Below, piece after piece: positions 1 through 13,179 of a stretch of 64,000 nucleotides of DNA (the first letter of the stretch is position 1; every line of letters begins with the position of its first letter). Source of the DNA: Chiloscyllium plagiosum (Eukaryota); contig NC_057719.1 in NCBI RefSeq assembly GCF_004010195.1, forward strand, positions 7,659,028-7,723,027. The letters run 5' to 3'. A model generated the notes under the pieces. That model was not told the origin of the DNA, ran no database searches, and saw only the letters and a list, made by a program, of their open reading frames with translations. The translations under genes were made by a program, and so were the position numbers.

Positions 1-237
1 GGGGGTTAGGTATAGGACAGATGTTAGGGGTAGGTTCTTTACTCAGCGAGTCGTGAGTTTATGGAATGCCCTGCCAGTAGCAGTGGTGGACTCTCCCTCA
101 TTATGGGCATTTAAGCGGGCATTGGATAGGCATATGGAGGATAGTGGGCTAATGTAGGTTAGGTGGGCTTGGATCGGCGCAACATCGAGGGCCGAAGGGC
201 CTGTACTGCGCTGTATTCTTCTATGTTCCATGTTCTA
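1..237 (+). mobile_element. CR1 LINE 3' end
   Basis: ORF2 tail (RFFTQRVVSLWNALP), 3'UTR ggccgaagggcctgt and a short ttctatg-type terminal repeat. Confidence 0.85.
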
Positions 238-2679
238 CTCCCATAATATCAATCACAGATGAACCATCTGTTGTTCCTTCCATGTACTATACTGTACAAC
301 AACCTCCTTCCATATTCCGATTCTGTTTCCTGTGCTCCTCGCGGCAGGGGAGGGGCGAATTATCCCTCAATTCTCTTAATATTAAAATTCCATCTGTTTA
401 GTTTTTGGCCCTCCATTACCACATTTCTGCAGGTGTTTATTTGCTAACCTACACACTCACCTATGCTTTCAATTTTATTATTCCCAATAAAATCTTTATT
501 GTTGTTAAACCCTGGTTAGTCCCTTGGAACTGCACTGATCTACTCTGTCTCTGTCATATGCTGAAGCTGCTCAGTGTTCAGTTTCTTTGTACATTAAAAA
601 AATGAGTTTTTAATTGTTTAAAATGTGTGTATTTGTGTCCTTGAACTCAAAGACTCAACTTAAGTTTTAGAACCTTGATGAAGCCTACAACCAAGTAAAC
701 TTGGATGAATCTCCCAATAGTCATTCATTCATCCTGGGTTGCATTGTCAATTTTGTTGGGCAGATGGCTTCTAATGCAATTTGTACTTTAGAAGTGACTG
801 TGATTTTTCACTCAGGTCATGCCAATTTCAGGCAAACTTACTTTGAGAACCAGCGTAACTGATTGGAAACTCCTAGCTGCTTTGTCCCTAGATGTTCAAC
901 CAGTTTGCTGGTTCCACCTGAGGAAAATGCTTTGCTGCATTTTGGAGTTGCCTTTATATAAACAAAAACCACTTACGAACGGTACAGGCTCTTATTACTT
1001 CGACATGGACGCTGTATGTACTCAAGTCACGCATAGTGTATGAGTAAATCAGTACAAAGCCTTAAGTTCACATAGATCCATGCTCGTAAATGCTGAACTG
1101 AGTAAGGGTATTGTCCATTGTCTATAATGCAGATAATTGGTTTCAAGGTGACAGTGGCTTTTGCTGGAGGACTCCTAAGCTTTAAGTTCAAAAAAAAAGA
1201 TTGTTTCAAAATTGCTCACAAAACGTCAAAGGAGAGAAATAATATTGTTTCAATGGGTGACACTCAAAATGTCAAGTCTACTTCAAGAGCTTTGAATTGA
1301 GAATCTCTGTTGCACAGGAATATTAAATCTAATTTGTCCTGTAGCACTGTAGCCACCTCAGTTTGTTATCTTACGAATAATTTGATCTATTTTTACAACT
1401 TCCTTTGCAAACGATGTTTTGTATTTTGTATTGGGAGGAAAGAAAATGTACCTAGCACTTTTGGGTTCTGTTGCCACAAATGGTGATGTGGACGGTTGAG
1501 TTTATTTGAGTAAATGCATTATTTTTACCAAGAAAGGAATTTAAAAAGAGCAAGAATGCTGGCAATCTGGAATCAAAATAACATTTCAGTCATCTGACAT
1601 CTGAAAGAGAAAGACTGATTATTATTTGTTTTGCTCCTTTTTTTGTGTTGTTATCTTTCTTCACTAATGTGGGTATTGTGAGCTGTGAACGTATACAGTG
1701 TATCTGTAGTCATCTTTAAGAATGTGATCAATGAGAAACAAGGGGGTGTTCTGCAAATAAAGATGGCATGCACACAAGCATGTCTAACAAACTATGCTAC
1801 TGTTGAAATTGGCAGCTGAAGTTCAGGACAATAGAAGACACTGGGATCACTGGAGGTGCCTGCATGATACCAGTTGTATTCATCATGGTTAGAAAAGCTG
1901 GAGGAAAGAATGTCATATTTTGAACCTTTTCTGCAAAAAGATTGTTGGCTTATCAGCTGGAACTGTTCCTGCTCCTCTCTTCTTTATACTCCAAGCTTGT
2001 GATCAAGGCTGAAGATTAGGTTAAGTGGGCTCATTCCCATTATTATCAGAAACAAGCAGCCCTCCAGGATGAATAACTGATTAGCAGTTTGTGCATTACA
2101 GATGAGACAAGAAAGGTATGTCAGTGCAGTTACTTCCAGACATCTAAATATTCCCATTGAGATTGAGCTATTGTCAGAATCCAGCGACAAAATATAGTTA
2201 CAAAGGAAAGCAAAGGACATTTATTTGAAGTGTTTGTGGTTAAAATAGGATATTTGATTTATTTCAGCAAAACGCTATGTTGAAGAATAGTAGTGAGTCT
2301 TGACATGCTGTTGTATTCATCACATTTATTAATTTTGTTAAGAAAAAGGCAGTAATCCTTTTGTTGGTTTCACAAGCTGCTTATGAGAATGTCCAAACTT
2401 TTTGTAGGCTACTAATTTTCTTAACTGAGTTACTTCCAGAAGTAATTTGTTGTTTGCCTTACAGATTGTTACTACATTGAGTGAAACTCCAACACTAATC
2501 TCTGAAAAGCTTCAACCAATTTTAAACCACTGTACCGCCATTCATGCTGAAGCTACAAATCTGTAGATTCCTTCCAAATTCTAAAATGCGAGTTATTAGA
2601 AGTTTAGAAAATTATGGGCAAATGTTCCATCACTCAGAATACGAACTATGATGGATTAATTGTAAAAATGCTCTTGGGA

Positions 2680-3340
2680 TGAGTCTGTTTCTTGGAAGGT
2701 CTTTTATTGCTTATCCTTAATTGGTGTAGAACCACCATGAACCACTGCAGTCTGTTCAGTTTTAGGTACTTCCAGGGAGAGAGTTCCAAGATTTTGACCC
2801 AGTCACAGTAAAGGAATGGTGATATTGTTTCAAATTAGAATGACGTATAACTTGGAGGAAAACTTGCAAGTTATGATGCTCCCTTGCACCTGCTGTTCTT
2901 GTTGTTCTAGGTAGTAGACATTATGGGGTTTTGAAAGTGCTGCTCTGGGACAAGGCAATGCTGCAGCTCACATTGTAATGATGCACACTGCTTTCACTGT
3001 GTGCTAGCAGTGAAAAAGGAATGGATAACTAATGTGGTGAATGGGCATAACCAAGCTTTGTCAGAGATGGCATCAGGCTTTTTAAATATTGTTGGAGCTC
3101 ATCATGGCAATTGAGAGTGTAGCTCACACTCCTGATTTTTTTTTACTTTGTAGATGTTGACAAGCTTTGGGGAGTTAGAAGGTGATTTATTACTCGCCAC
3201 AGATTTCCCAGGCTTTAACCTGCTATTGTAGCTGGTACGATTAAGCTTCCAATCATTGGTAACTGCTGAAATGGTGGGGGTTCAACAATGGTAATATTGA
3301 ATGTCATAGAGAGATGGTTTGATTCTTTCTTATTAGGGTT
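2680..3340 (-). mobile_element. Degenerate 3' part of a second CR1-group LINE family
   Basis: Same sequence family as 10615-11225 and 48808-49600 (ggagggagttccaggattttgacccag...aaggaatggtgatat). Confidence 0.6.
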
Positions 3341-3349
3341 GGCCATTGT

Positions 3350-4880
3350 TCTTTATCTGAATGTATTTAGCGTTCATAATAAAGTTGATGAATTGACAGC
3401 GCAAATAAAAATAAATACAGTAAGTATAATCTGCAAACCATTACAGAGGATGGCTGCAAGACAACAAAAATTGGGACCAGAATATTTAAAGTACATGATA
3501 TTTTGAAGATTAGGAAGTGAGGAAAGGATGGAGGAGTAACTCTGTTAATTAAGGATAATGTGAAAGTGCCATTGTTGGACTCGGGTGGACAAGGTCAGAC
3601 GTCACACAACACCAGGTTATGGTCCAACAGGCTTATTTGAAATCACAAGATTTTTGAGCACTGCCCCTCTATCAGTTGACTTCAACTGACGAACGGGCAG
3701 CTCTCCGAAAGTTTGTGGTTTCACATAAACCTGTTGGACTATAACCTGGTGTTGTGTGACTTTTGACCTTAATTAAGGATGACATTGTTATCCCAGCTAT
3801 AGAATCAATTTGGGTGGTGATGATAAATAGTAAGACTAAGAAGCTGCTTGAGGGTATGGTACAGAGTGAGCGAGTGGCAAAAGATTTGGCAGCTAGCATA
3901 ATCTAGGATAGTGTGAATTTGTCCACTGTTTGGTATTTAAAAAGAGATTGCAGATGTGTGTGTCCTGGTACGTGAATCACAAAATGTTAGGTATAGCAAA
4001 TGATTAGAAAGGTAGTTGGAAAGTTGGCCTTTATTATAAGGGGAGTGGAATATAAATGTAGGGCTCTGTTTCTGCAGTTGTATAGGGCAACAGTAAGTCC
4101 AGTCTGGACATCTTTGATCTCCTCACTTTAAGAAGAAATATAATGTTTTGAAAGCAGTCCAGAGAAGGTCCATTCAGTGACAGTTGGGTGTGGTAGTGGG
4201 ATGAGAAAGAGATAGCATGAGGAAAGTTTGGCAAGCTGGACATGTATCCAATGCCATTTAGAGGAATGAGGTTTTCTACTGAAGCATCTAAGAACCTGAG
4301 ACAGCTTGACAGGGATGATGCCGAAAGAAATGTTTCTCCCTTGTGGGAGAGACTAGAACTAGAAGGGATAGTTTGAAAATAAGGAGTCTTTCTGTCAAAG
4401 GATTTTGAGTCTTTGAAATTCTTCCCTCGTGAACAGGGGAGATAGTGTCATAGAAATTTAAGGCATAGGTTGATACATTCTTGACTGATGAACTGTTTTC
4501 CTGCTGTTATTTTTTCTTCTACACAGTCTTCTCAGATCCATGCACAGAACCAACCTCCAGAATCATTGCTGCTAATGGAACTGCTAGCTGATCACTGTGC
4601 AGAGATCCTTGGAGTGATTGCATGTCCACAGCTTAGAGGAAACGTTGCTGACAAAGGAAATGGTGGTTATCTGGGATAGACAGGAAAGTGGAGTTGATCA
4701 GATCAATTATGATCATGTCAATTAGTAGAGCAGACTTGAACTGAGTGGCCTATATCTGCTCCCAGATTCTGGATTAGTGGTGCTGTAAGAGCACTCTTCC
4801 AGCACCACTAATCCAGAATCTGGTTTCCAGCATCTACAGTCATTGTTTTTACCTATGCCTGCTCCCAGTTCATGTATTAC
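3350..4880 (+). mobile_element. Old, deleted CR1 ORF2 remnant carrying nested PLE cassettes
   Basis: APE N-terminus (LNVFSVHNKVDELTAQI), decayed RT C-terminus and 3'UTR. Confidence 0.6.
3557..3768. mobile_element. Fold-back Penelope pLTR cassette (family A) with hammerhead motif
   Basis: Inverted arms of about 90 bp; ctgacga...ctccgaaag; 12-bp direct repeat ttaattaaggat at 3545-3556 and 3769-3780. Confidence 0.75.
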
Positions 4881-5159
4881 TATTCCCTGGTACTTGGGTG
4901 ACTTGAGCGTTACTTCCTACCTGTCAGCCAAAGCCTAAATTTTGTCAAGGGTTTGACACATACATATGTAGTTAGTACATAAAAACATCAAAAATCTGCC
5001 CTTAGAACCTGCACCACCATTCAAACTCCTGCTTTCTCTCCGTACCCCTTGATCCCTTTAGCTGTAAGCGCCATATGCAGCTCCTCCTTGAATATGTCTA
5101 ACAAACTGGCCCCAACAGCTTTCTGTGCTATAGAGTTCCACAAGTTCTCAACTTTCTGA

Positions 5160-6935
5160 AGATACACCAGCTTCTGGATAGGATGCCATGGTTGTGGGTA
5201 TATTCGCCAAGATGGGAAGTTGATTTGCAGATGATTCATCTCCTGTCCAGGTGACATCTTTAGTGCTTTGGAGCCTCCTGTGAAGTGCTGCTGTACTGTG
5301 TCTTCTGGAATTTTTTTGATTCCGTTCCTGCTGCTTCTGGTTGCCTGTTCTAGGGGTTTGTTGCAGTGGCCGGTCTATTGGGTCTAGGTCTATATGTTTG
5401 TTGATGGAGACCATGGATGAGTGCCATGCTTCTAGAAATTCTCTGGCTGTCCTCCGTTTAGCTTGTCCTATCATCTGTTGTGTTCCTAGTCAAATTTAAG
5501 ATCATTGTCATCTGTGAGTGTAACTATTAGGGCAACTGGTTATGGCGTTTAGTGGCTAGTTGGTGTTCGTGCACACGGATTGCTAGTTGTCTGCCTGTTT
5601 GTCGTATATAGTGTGTCATGCAGTCTTTGCATGGAATTTTGTAAATTACGTTAGTCTTGCAAATGATGGGTATTGTTCTCGTGAGTTGTCTGTGTGTCCC
5701 TGTCGGTTTATGTGCTGTCATGGATCTGAGTGGTCGGAGAAGTCTGACTGCTAGTTCGAGATGTTTCTTATGTAAGTTGGAGTGGGTAGTGTGTGTTGGC
5801 TTGTGGCATGTCCTTGTCGTGTTGTTTGTCTGCCGGACATCTGCGGATGAAGTTGCGAGGGTATCCGTTCTTGGTGAAGGGTCTGTAGAGGTGTTCTTTT
5901 TCTTGGAGTGCTGTAGTGTGTTGTAGCCCTTTTTGAACGGGGTCCTAATGCAGCCTCTCTTGTGTGTGTCTGGGTGGTTGCTGTTGTAGTTCAGGATCTG
6001 ATCCATGTGTGGCTCTTTTGTAAACTTTAGTGGTGCATTCACCATTCTATGTTCTTCTACCGTCACATCCAGAAATGGGAGTTGATTATTGGTTTCCTCC
6101 TCTCTTTTAAATCTGATGTCTGTGAGCATGGTATTGATAATCCAGTGTGTGTTCTCAGTTTCTGTTCTCTTAATAATTACAACAGTGTTGTCCATGTTTC
6201 TGATCCAGAGTTTAAGTTGGATTTGTGGGAGGGCTGTTTGTTCCAGTCTTTGCATCACTGCTTCTGCTATGAGCCCAGAGATGGGTGAGCCCATAGGTGT
6301 CCCATTGATTTATTCATCTGTTTGATTGTTGAATGTAAAGTGTGTCATCAAACACCGGTCTAGTAGTTTGAGTGTGCAGTTCTTGTAGATAGGTTCTCCG
6401 TCAGGTCATCTGTTCTGTTTGTCAAGGAGGCGGGCTATTGTCTCTGTGGCTAGAGTTTTGTCAGTTGAAGTGAACAGTGCCATTACATCGAATGAGATCA
6501 TTGTCTCCTCCACGTCTATGTTTATGTTCTTGATGTTGTCTAGGAATTATATGATGATTGTATGGAGTGTTTGGATCCGCTGATAAGATGTTCCAGTTTT
6601 TGTTGAAGTTCTTTTGCCAGTTTATGTGATGGAGTTCTTGGAAGTGCCAGAGTGGGTCTAAGTGATATGTCTGGTTTGTGTACCTTGGCTAATCTGTAAA
6701 ATCCTGGGATGTTGTTGCTTTCTGATTTCATCCTTTGTAGGTCAATCCTGGCAGCAGCAGGAACGGAACCAAATAAATTCCAGAAGAGACAGTTCAGCAG
6801 TACTTCACAGGAGGCTCCAAAGCACTGGAGATGTCACCTAGACAGGGGATGAAATGTCTGCAAATCAGCTTCCCAGCTCTGCGAATATACCCACAACCAT
6901 GGCAGTCAGCACCTGAACTAAATCTTGATGCAAAC
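5160..6935 (-). mobile_element. Penelope-like element (Poseidon-type): decayed RT plus GIY-YIG, with inverted pLTR copy
   Basis: MGSPISGLIAEAVMQRLE (RT), NVIYKIPCKDC...YIRQTGRQLAIRVHEH and REFLEAWHS (GIY-YIG). 5185-5337 is repeated inverted at about 6752-6905. Confidence 0.9.
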
Positions 6936-7399
6936 CAAAGGTGTTAAACCAAGGCCCCATCTTCCTGCTCAGCTGAATGAAAACTGTCCCATATCCTATT
7001 TTGGAGTAGAGTTCAGGAGTTATCCTTGATATAATTGTCCCCAATTATTATGCCTCGATCTGATTATCACGTTACTGTTTATGAGAGTTTACTGTGCAGC
7101 TACTTGGCCTGTAAATTTCCTACATTCCAGCTGTAATTGCAGTCCAAAAGTATGCAATTGCTAGTAACGAATTTGAGCTATCTGTTGGTATAAAAAGCAC
7201 CGTCTTCCATTGAAATCTGAATGATACTAAATAAGCTGCAATCAGGAATGCATAATAAGTGATTTGTTCATAACTGGAAAGAGCAATAATTTGCATATAC
7301 ACAGCACTTTTAATGGAGTAAAACATCTTAAAGCACTTAAGATAATATTATAAAATGAAATGTGGCACCAAGTCACATAAATGGACATTAAGACGGATG

Positions 7400-7890
7400 C
7401 CATGGAAATGATGTAGATTTACAAGAATGAACCTGAATTTCAGGCATTGTTACAGGAAGAGATTTCACAAATTAGGTCTGTTTTCTCTAGAATTTAAAGG
7501 TTAAGAGGTGTTCTGATTTGAAATCTACAGGGTATTAATAGGAGGAGACAAGCGAGATAAAGATAAACTATTTTTACTGGTTGGCGGTTGCAAATTAGGG
7601 GGCGTAGTCTGATAATTAGGGCCAGACTGTTCAGGAGAGATGTTAGGAAGTACTTCTATACACAAAGGATAGTAGAGGCTTGGAACTCTCCTCCACAAAT
7701 GGCAATGGTTGCCGGATCAGTTGTTAATTATAAATTTGAGGTAAATAAATTTTTGTTAAGCAAGGGTGTTAAAGGATATAGGCCAAAGACAGTTATGTGG
7801 AGCTAGGCCACAGATCAACTGTGATCTCATTGAATGGTGGAACTGGCTCAAAGGGTTGGTTGGCCAACTCCTTTTCCAACGTTCCTGTGT
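7400..7890 (+). mobile_element. CR1 LINE 3' fragment
   Basis: RRDVRKYFYTQRIVEAWNS followed by a CR1 3'UTR. Confidence 0.8.
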
Positions 7891-8504
7891 TCCAAATGTG
7901 CTGCATGGAGGCAGTTTCAACTGATGACAGGATCAGGCTTGGATGTGATCCCATCCACAGATGAACAGCTCCCTAGACTTAGACACAGGACAAGAAAAGA
8001 TTACTAATCCAGGCTTTCTTTGGAACTCTGTACTGCAATATTTTGTGAATCAAATAACCTTATGAAAGAGCAAATGAGGTAAATGCTGATTTGGAGGGCA
8101 ACCAGTGCCCTTTGCAACTGAATTCAGAAAGTGAATGATGCTGTCAAAGCACACTTCCTGCATATTCTTAATTACTGTGAAAAAGCACTTTCATGGATCT
8201 GCTGCAGTCCTGTTGGTGGTTGTTCTGTGGGGTTAGTAATCTTTCATGGTGATGTTGGATAGCGAATTCCAGGATATCAACCTAGCAGCAGACAAATCTG
8301 TGCCAGGTCAGGAATATCTGTGTAACCTTGACCTTGTGGTTGCCCTTTTCGGTGGTAGGAACTGCAGGTAAGTGTGCTGTTTACCTCCCAATGCCAGCAG
8401 GGGTCATCATCTTTGAAGGGCAAGGCATGTGGAAGGACAAAGCAGTATCTGTTACCCTTGTAAACACTATTAATCTGCCTTAATGATACTTGTTGTATCT
8501 TTAG

Positions 8505-8612
8505 ATCCACCGGAGTAAGAATAAATGGAAGTTCCACCTGAAGGATGGGATCATGAACCTGAATGGGAGAGATTATGTGTTTTCCAAAGCCATCGGAGAT
8601 GCAGAGTGGTAA
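8505..8612 (+). CDS. GTF2A1: Last coding exon of general transcription factor IIA subunit 1 (TFIIA alpha/beta)
   Basis: Acceptor ...tgtatctttag then IHRSKNKWKFHLKDGIMNLNGRDYVFSKAIGDAEW*. This matches the recalled vertebrate GTF2A1 C-terminus (FHLKDGIMNLNGRDY) rather than GTF2A1L (FYLKDGVMCFGGRDY). Upstream exons were not seen in the window. Confidence 0.95.
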   Translation: MHRSKNKWKFHLKDGIMNLNGRDYVFSKAIGDAEW

Positions 8613-10560
8613 GAATTCAGATCCTCCTGAGAATGGACAGGCTCATCGGACTGGACTAATGTGTGCTTAAACAGAAGTACGAAGCCTGCAAGTGAAATGA
8701 ATACAGAACTACTGGTACCCAAGCTACTGAGTTGTACAACACTACGTTATGTGGGGAAAAGCCTTGCCACTGAAATGGCTCACATTTTACAGAGAGAAAA
8801 AGAAAACAATATGCTTAACTATCAGTCATCCCATAATACAGTCACTGCTTGCTGATTGATGAATTACCATCTACAGAGCTAGCGAGTTTACAAACCATCA
8901 AGCAAGACTCTTCTAAGGAGAAAGCGTTTAGAGGACCCAGTCACTGTGCTTTATGCTAAGTGCTGTCATTTGAACTGCATAGAAACTGAAATAAATAAAC
9001 ATTTTAAAAAAAAAGGTTCTTTTATAGGGGAGGTTTATAGCTGGGGAAGAAAGGCCTTGTAAATTCAAGACCCTTCACATTTGTGTCGTGATTGAATAAC
9101 TTCCTGACCCAGGACCAACACATTCTTAAGGTGTAACAATGGCTGATATATTTTAAAATAAAAGAAAAACAAAGTTGATAGATGACTTCAAATTGCAAAC
9201 GATTTGATAACCTAGACATGTATTCCGTTTACCTTTTTTATGCTGTGATTTTATTAAGGTATGCAATATAGTTGAGATGGACTCTTCAAAACTATTGTCT
9301 TCACACCATACCTGTGATAATTTTGAAATATCAGCCAGATCCCAGAGGCTGAACATACCAAACTGTGCTCTTATATATAGTGCTATTATCGAGTGTTCCT
9401 TTCGCAGGCATGTTTCATAGTTTAATTTTTTTTCTCTGTTTCACCTATGTGGCACATCACACTATACTGTAGATCAGTGCTAAATCTAATTTTAATTGAC
9501 CATTTTTACTTCTGACTGTACCAGACCATTATATTAAGTTTTAATAGAAATCATCATGCCTGTTTTGAGGTTTTCTTTTCCTACCCCCATTGGTTTCATG
9601 TAATGGTTTTCTAATCTTGAAAGACTTTGGAATTTAACAGAACAAGTTGAGGGATTTGCCTTTTTTAAAATGACGAGAGACATCACTTTTAGCTGTGCTT
9701 TCAACAGAGACAGTATTATGCGATTACTGAAATGATTCTTGAGTATAAAGGGGAAAAGAAATGGCAAAGTTTGCACATGGAACAGAGAAACTTGAGGAAA
9801 ATAAATTGAGCGCCTTTTAAACGAAAAAGAAATAAAAAGCCAGCCATTTACGAATTTTGCTTTTATGAAATTAAAAACAAAAGCCACATGGCTATTTGAC
9901 ATAAAATGACAATTTTCATTAGCTGATCTGTTTTCTACTACCCACAGCTACTTAGTCACCTGGTGTTGTACATACGTGTAAGAGGGAAATCTATTTATTA
10001 TGTTTGTATAATTCATCTTGTACCATTTAAATCAAGGTTCTTAATAATATAGTCATCTTCGTTTAAGACCCTGCTTGTAAGACCATTAGAGAACTTAGTA
10101 TTTTGTTGTACTAAGATTTATTTTAAGTTACTTAAAAGTATTTTGCCTTTGCAAAAATTTTAATTAAAAATGCCCTTAAAGTTTGTGTTTATTGCTTTAA
10201 TTTTCTAGATTTCATGTTATTTTATCTTGGGTGAGAAAAAAAAGAGTTGGAAACACAAAATGTGGCTCTTCTTTGACTCTAGTCATTGTAGGTTTCAATT
10301 CAGATTGATATTTGGGTGGATGTGTGTATATATGTATATAATTAACCCTAGCTTTAAACCGAGTGAGAATGAATGCTTTGTTATAATTTATATTTTTCAT
10401 TTCAAATATATTGTGAATCACTCAAATTGGACAATTCATTGTACAAAAATTAAAAGTTCACTATTTGTAATGCTTTGGAATAGAGTATTTCAGCTTTCAT
10501 TTAACAAAGGTTACCAAAATTATGCTGTCTAGATTCTATTAATATCTTAAATATTGGTTG
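8613..10560 (+). other. GTF2A1: Probable GTF2A1 3'UTR
   Basis: About 2 kb of AT-rich sequence directly after the stop, with no recognisable repeats and several AATAAA. The end point is uncertain. Confidence 0.55.
8990..8999 (+). promoter_or_regulatory. Overlapping AATAAA polyadenylation signals (candidate proximal site)
   Basis: aataaataaa about 380 nt after the GTF2A1 stop. Confidence 0.4.
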
Positions 10561-10614
10561 CTGACCAGGAAGCCAATTCAGCTGAGCTGAAGGATTCCAT
10601 CTTTCAAGTTTTCA

Positions 10615-11225
10615 CATATTTATGAAATGTTGGCCTGGCCAGCATTTATTGTCCACCCCTAATTGCCCTTGAGAAGACTGTCCCCTGTGGTGTAGGGATG
10701 CCCAAGCGGTGTTAGTGAGGGTGTTCCAGGGTTTTGACTCAGTTAAGTTGAAGCCAAGGTGATACCATTCCGAGTTGTCAGGATGATGTGTGGAGGGGAA
10801 CTTGCTGGTGATGGTGTTCCACCGTAGTCGCTGCCTGTATCTTTCTGGGTATGAGAGATTGTGGGTTTGAAAGCAATCTTCCCTCTCAGTATTTCCACTA
10901 ATATCTGATTAGTGTGTGGACATATTGACTTCCCATTCCAGAGTTACTGCCATGCAGGAAAAATGATAAGGAACATAGCGTGAAAGGTGGAGAGTTGCTG
11001 CAGTACACCTTGTAAATGGTACATACTGCTGCCACTGTGTATCAGCACTGGAGGAAATTAATGTTATGCAGTGTCACTCAAATCTAATATTTGTCAAACT
11101 TTTGAATGTTATTGCTGCTATACTTGCCCAAGCAAATGGAGCATATTCTATCACATCCCAATTAATGCCTTTTGGACGTGCATTGGAGAGTCAGGGGGTG
11201 AGTTACTACAGAATTCCCAGTTCCT
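10615..11225 (-). mobile_element. Degenerate 3' part of second CR1-group LINE family
   Basis: Tail ggccagcatttattgtccaccctaattgccc, shared with 48808-49600. Confidence 0.6.
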
Positions 11226-11539
11226 GATACAGACCAGAAAAACTATTACAACAACAATCAAGCCTAGAATTTGAAGCTAAGTATTCCAAGCTTTAATACG
11301 AAACAATGAAAATTCCTTCCACGGGGAACAGGTAAATCTTCACATTGCATGGTTTCACCTTAGATATTTGCCTTTGTGTGCAGTTCACATTTGTGGGATG
11401 AATGTCATTTCGTACCTAGAATGAGACAGATGTCCTACTACATATTTTTTCTAATTTGTAAAACAACCATTCACTACTACTGTCATCTATTTTCCTATCG
11501 TTGCTGTAACCATCTCCTTTATTCGAAGGGCTTCAACTT

Positions 11540-12140
11540 AAAGGAAATAAATAGGATAGAAGTAGAGAGGATGTTTCCATTGGTGGGTGAAGCTAGGACA
11601 AGAGGGCATAGCCTCAAAATTAGGGGGAGCAGATTTAGAACATGGAACATTACAGCGCAGTACAGGCCCTTGATGTTGCACCGACCTGTGAAACCAATCT
11701 GAAGCCCTATGCTATTCCGTTTTCATCCATATGTCTATCCAATGACCATTTAAATGGCCTTAAAGTTGGCAAGTGGACCACTATTGAAGGCAGGCCGTTT
11801 CACGCCCCTTCTACTTTCTGAGTAAAGAAACTACCTCTGACATTTGTCCTATATCCATCACCCCTCAATTTAAAGCTACGTTCTAAATCAATTTAGGACT
11901 GAATTGAGAAGGAACCTCTTCACCCAGAGGGTTGCCCAGTGAAGGAGTTGAGGCTTCCTCATTGCATGTTTTTAAAGCTAAGATAGGTAATTTTTTTTTA
12001 ACAGTAAGGAAATTAAAGGTTATGATGAGAGTCTGGGTAAATGGAACTGAGTCCATGAAAAGATCAGCCATGATCTTATTGAATGGCAGAGTAGTATCGA
12101 AGGGTCAGATAACCTACTCCTGCTCCTAGTTCTTATGAAC
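11540..12140 (+). mobile_element. CR1 3' end with a nested antisense CR1 3' fragment (about 11640-11885)
   Basis: ERMFPLVGEARTRGHSLKIRG, interrupted by a reverse-strand CR1 tail, then resumes. Confidence 0.7.
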
Positions 12141-12159
12141 TTTGCTGGCTGTTAAGTCT

Positions 12160-12322
12160 AGGCGAAAGTGAGAACTGCAGATGCTGGAGATCAGAGTCAA
12201 GATTAGAGTGGTGCTGGAAAAGCACAGCAGGTCATGATGAAAGGCTTTTGCCTGAAACGTCGTTTTTCCTGCTCCTCTGATGCTGCCTGACCTGCTGTGC
12301 TTTTCCAGCACCACACTAATCT
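12160..12322. mobile_element. Fold-back Penelope pLTR cassette (family B)
   Basis: gtggtgctggaaaagcacagcaggtca / tgacctgctgtgcttttccagcaccac arms; tgatgaaaggcttttgcctgaaacgtc; near-perfect 14-bp TSD tggct(g/t)ttaagtct. Confidence 0.75.
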
Positions 12323-12805
12323 TGGCTTTTAAGTCTGTTGAGAGGCATTTTATCAGATTCTTTTGGAAGTCTGTATAAACCATATCAGCTGTATAATTCA
12401 GATCAACTGTGTTACTTAATTGAAAAAGCCCAGTCAAGTTAGTTAATCATAATTCACATTTAACAAATCTGACTTTCCTTAATTAGTTACTTACTCTTCT
12501 GCTTTGCTTTGGCAGCATTTTCTTCCTTTGGAGAAAATAGGAGCAAAATACTCAATGTCCTATGTCTCAATGCAGCAGTCTCTTCTTTGGACCCCAATAG
12601 GCATCATCCTTCCCCCATCTTTTTACAATTTACATGGCTACAGAGACTTGATTCCCTTTAATGTTAGTTCAATCTCTTCTCTTGCCTGTACTGAAGAAGG
12701 GTTACACCTGAAACATTGACTTCTCCACCTCCTGATACTGCCTGGCTTGCTGTGTTTTTCTAGCCTCCTACCTGGCTACCTTGGATTCCAGCATCTGCAG
12801 TTTTC

Positions 12806-13125
12806 TTAGATTAGATTAGATTAGATTACTTACAGTGTGGAAACAGGCCCTTCGGCCCAACAAGTCCACACCGACCCACCGAAGCGCAACCCACCCAGAC
12901 CCATTCCCCTACATTTACCTCTGTCCCTAACACTACGGCAATTTAGCATGGCCAATTCACCTAACCTGCACATTTTTGGACTGTGGGAGGAAACCGGAGT
13001 ACCCGGAGGAAACCCAGACAGACACGGGGAGAATGTGCAAGCCCCACACAGTCACTCGCCTGAGGTGGGAAATGAACCCGGGTCTCTGGCGCTGTGAGAC
13101 AGCAATGCTAACCACTGTGCCGCCC
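12806..13125 (-). mobile_element. HE1-like V-SINE
   Basis: tRNA-like head (tggttagc; gggttcatttcc), V-domain (ttgcacattctccccgtgtctg), CR1-like tail and (tctaa)n end. Confidence 0.85.
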
Positions 13126-13179
13126 ACATAACAGAGCAGTGGCACAATGTTTTTCTGTCTGTCCATGGCTTAGCTGCTG

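Noticed and set aside
240..8504. Penultimate GTF2A1 exon (EPLNS...VVCQYDK)
   Set aside because: Searched by eye and not found; it presumably lies upstream of the window.
12806..13125. tRNA genes
   Set aside because: The A/B-box-like sequences are SINE heads followed by V-domain and LINE tails; no complete cloverleaf was seen.
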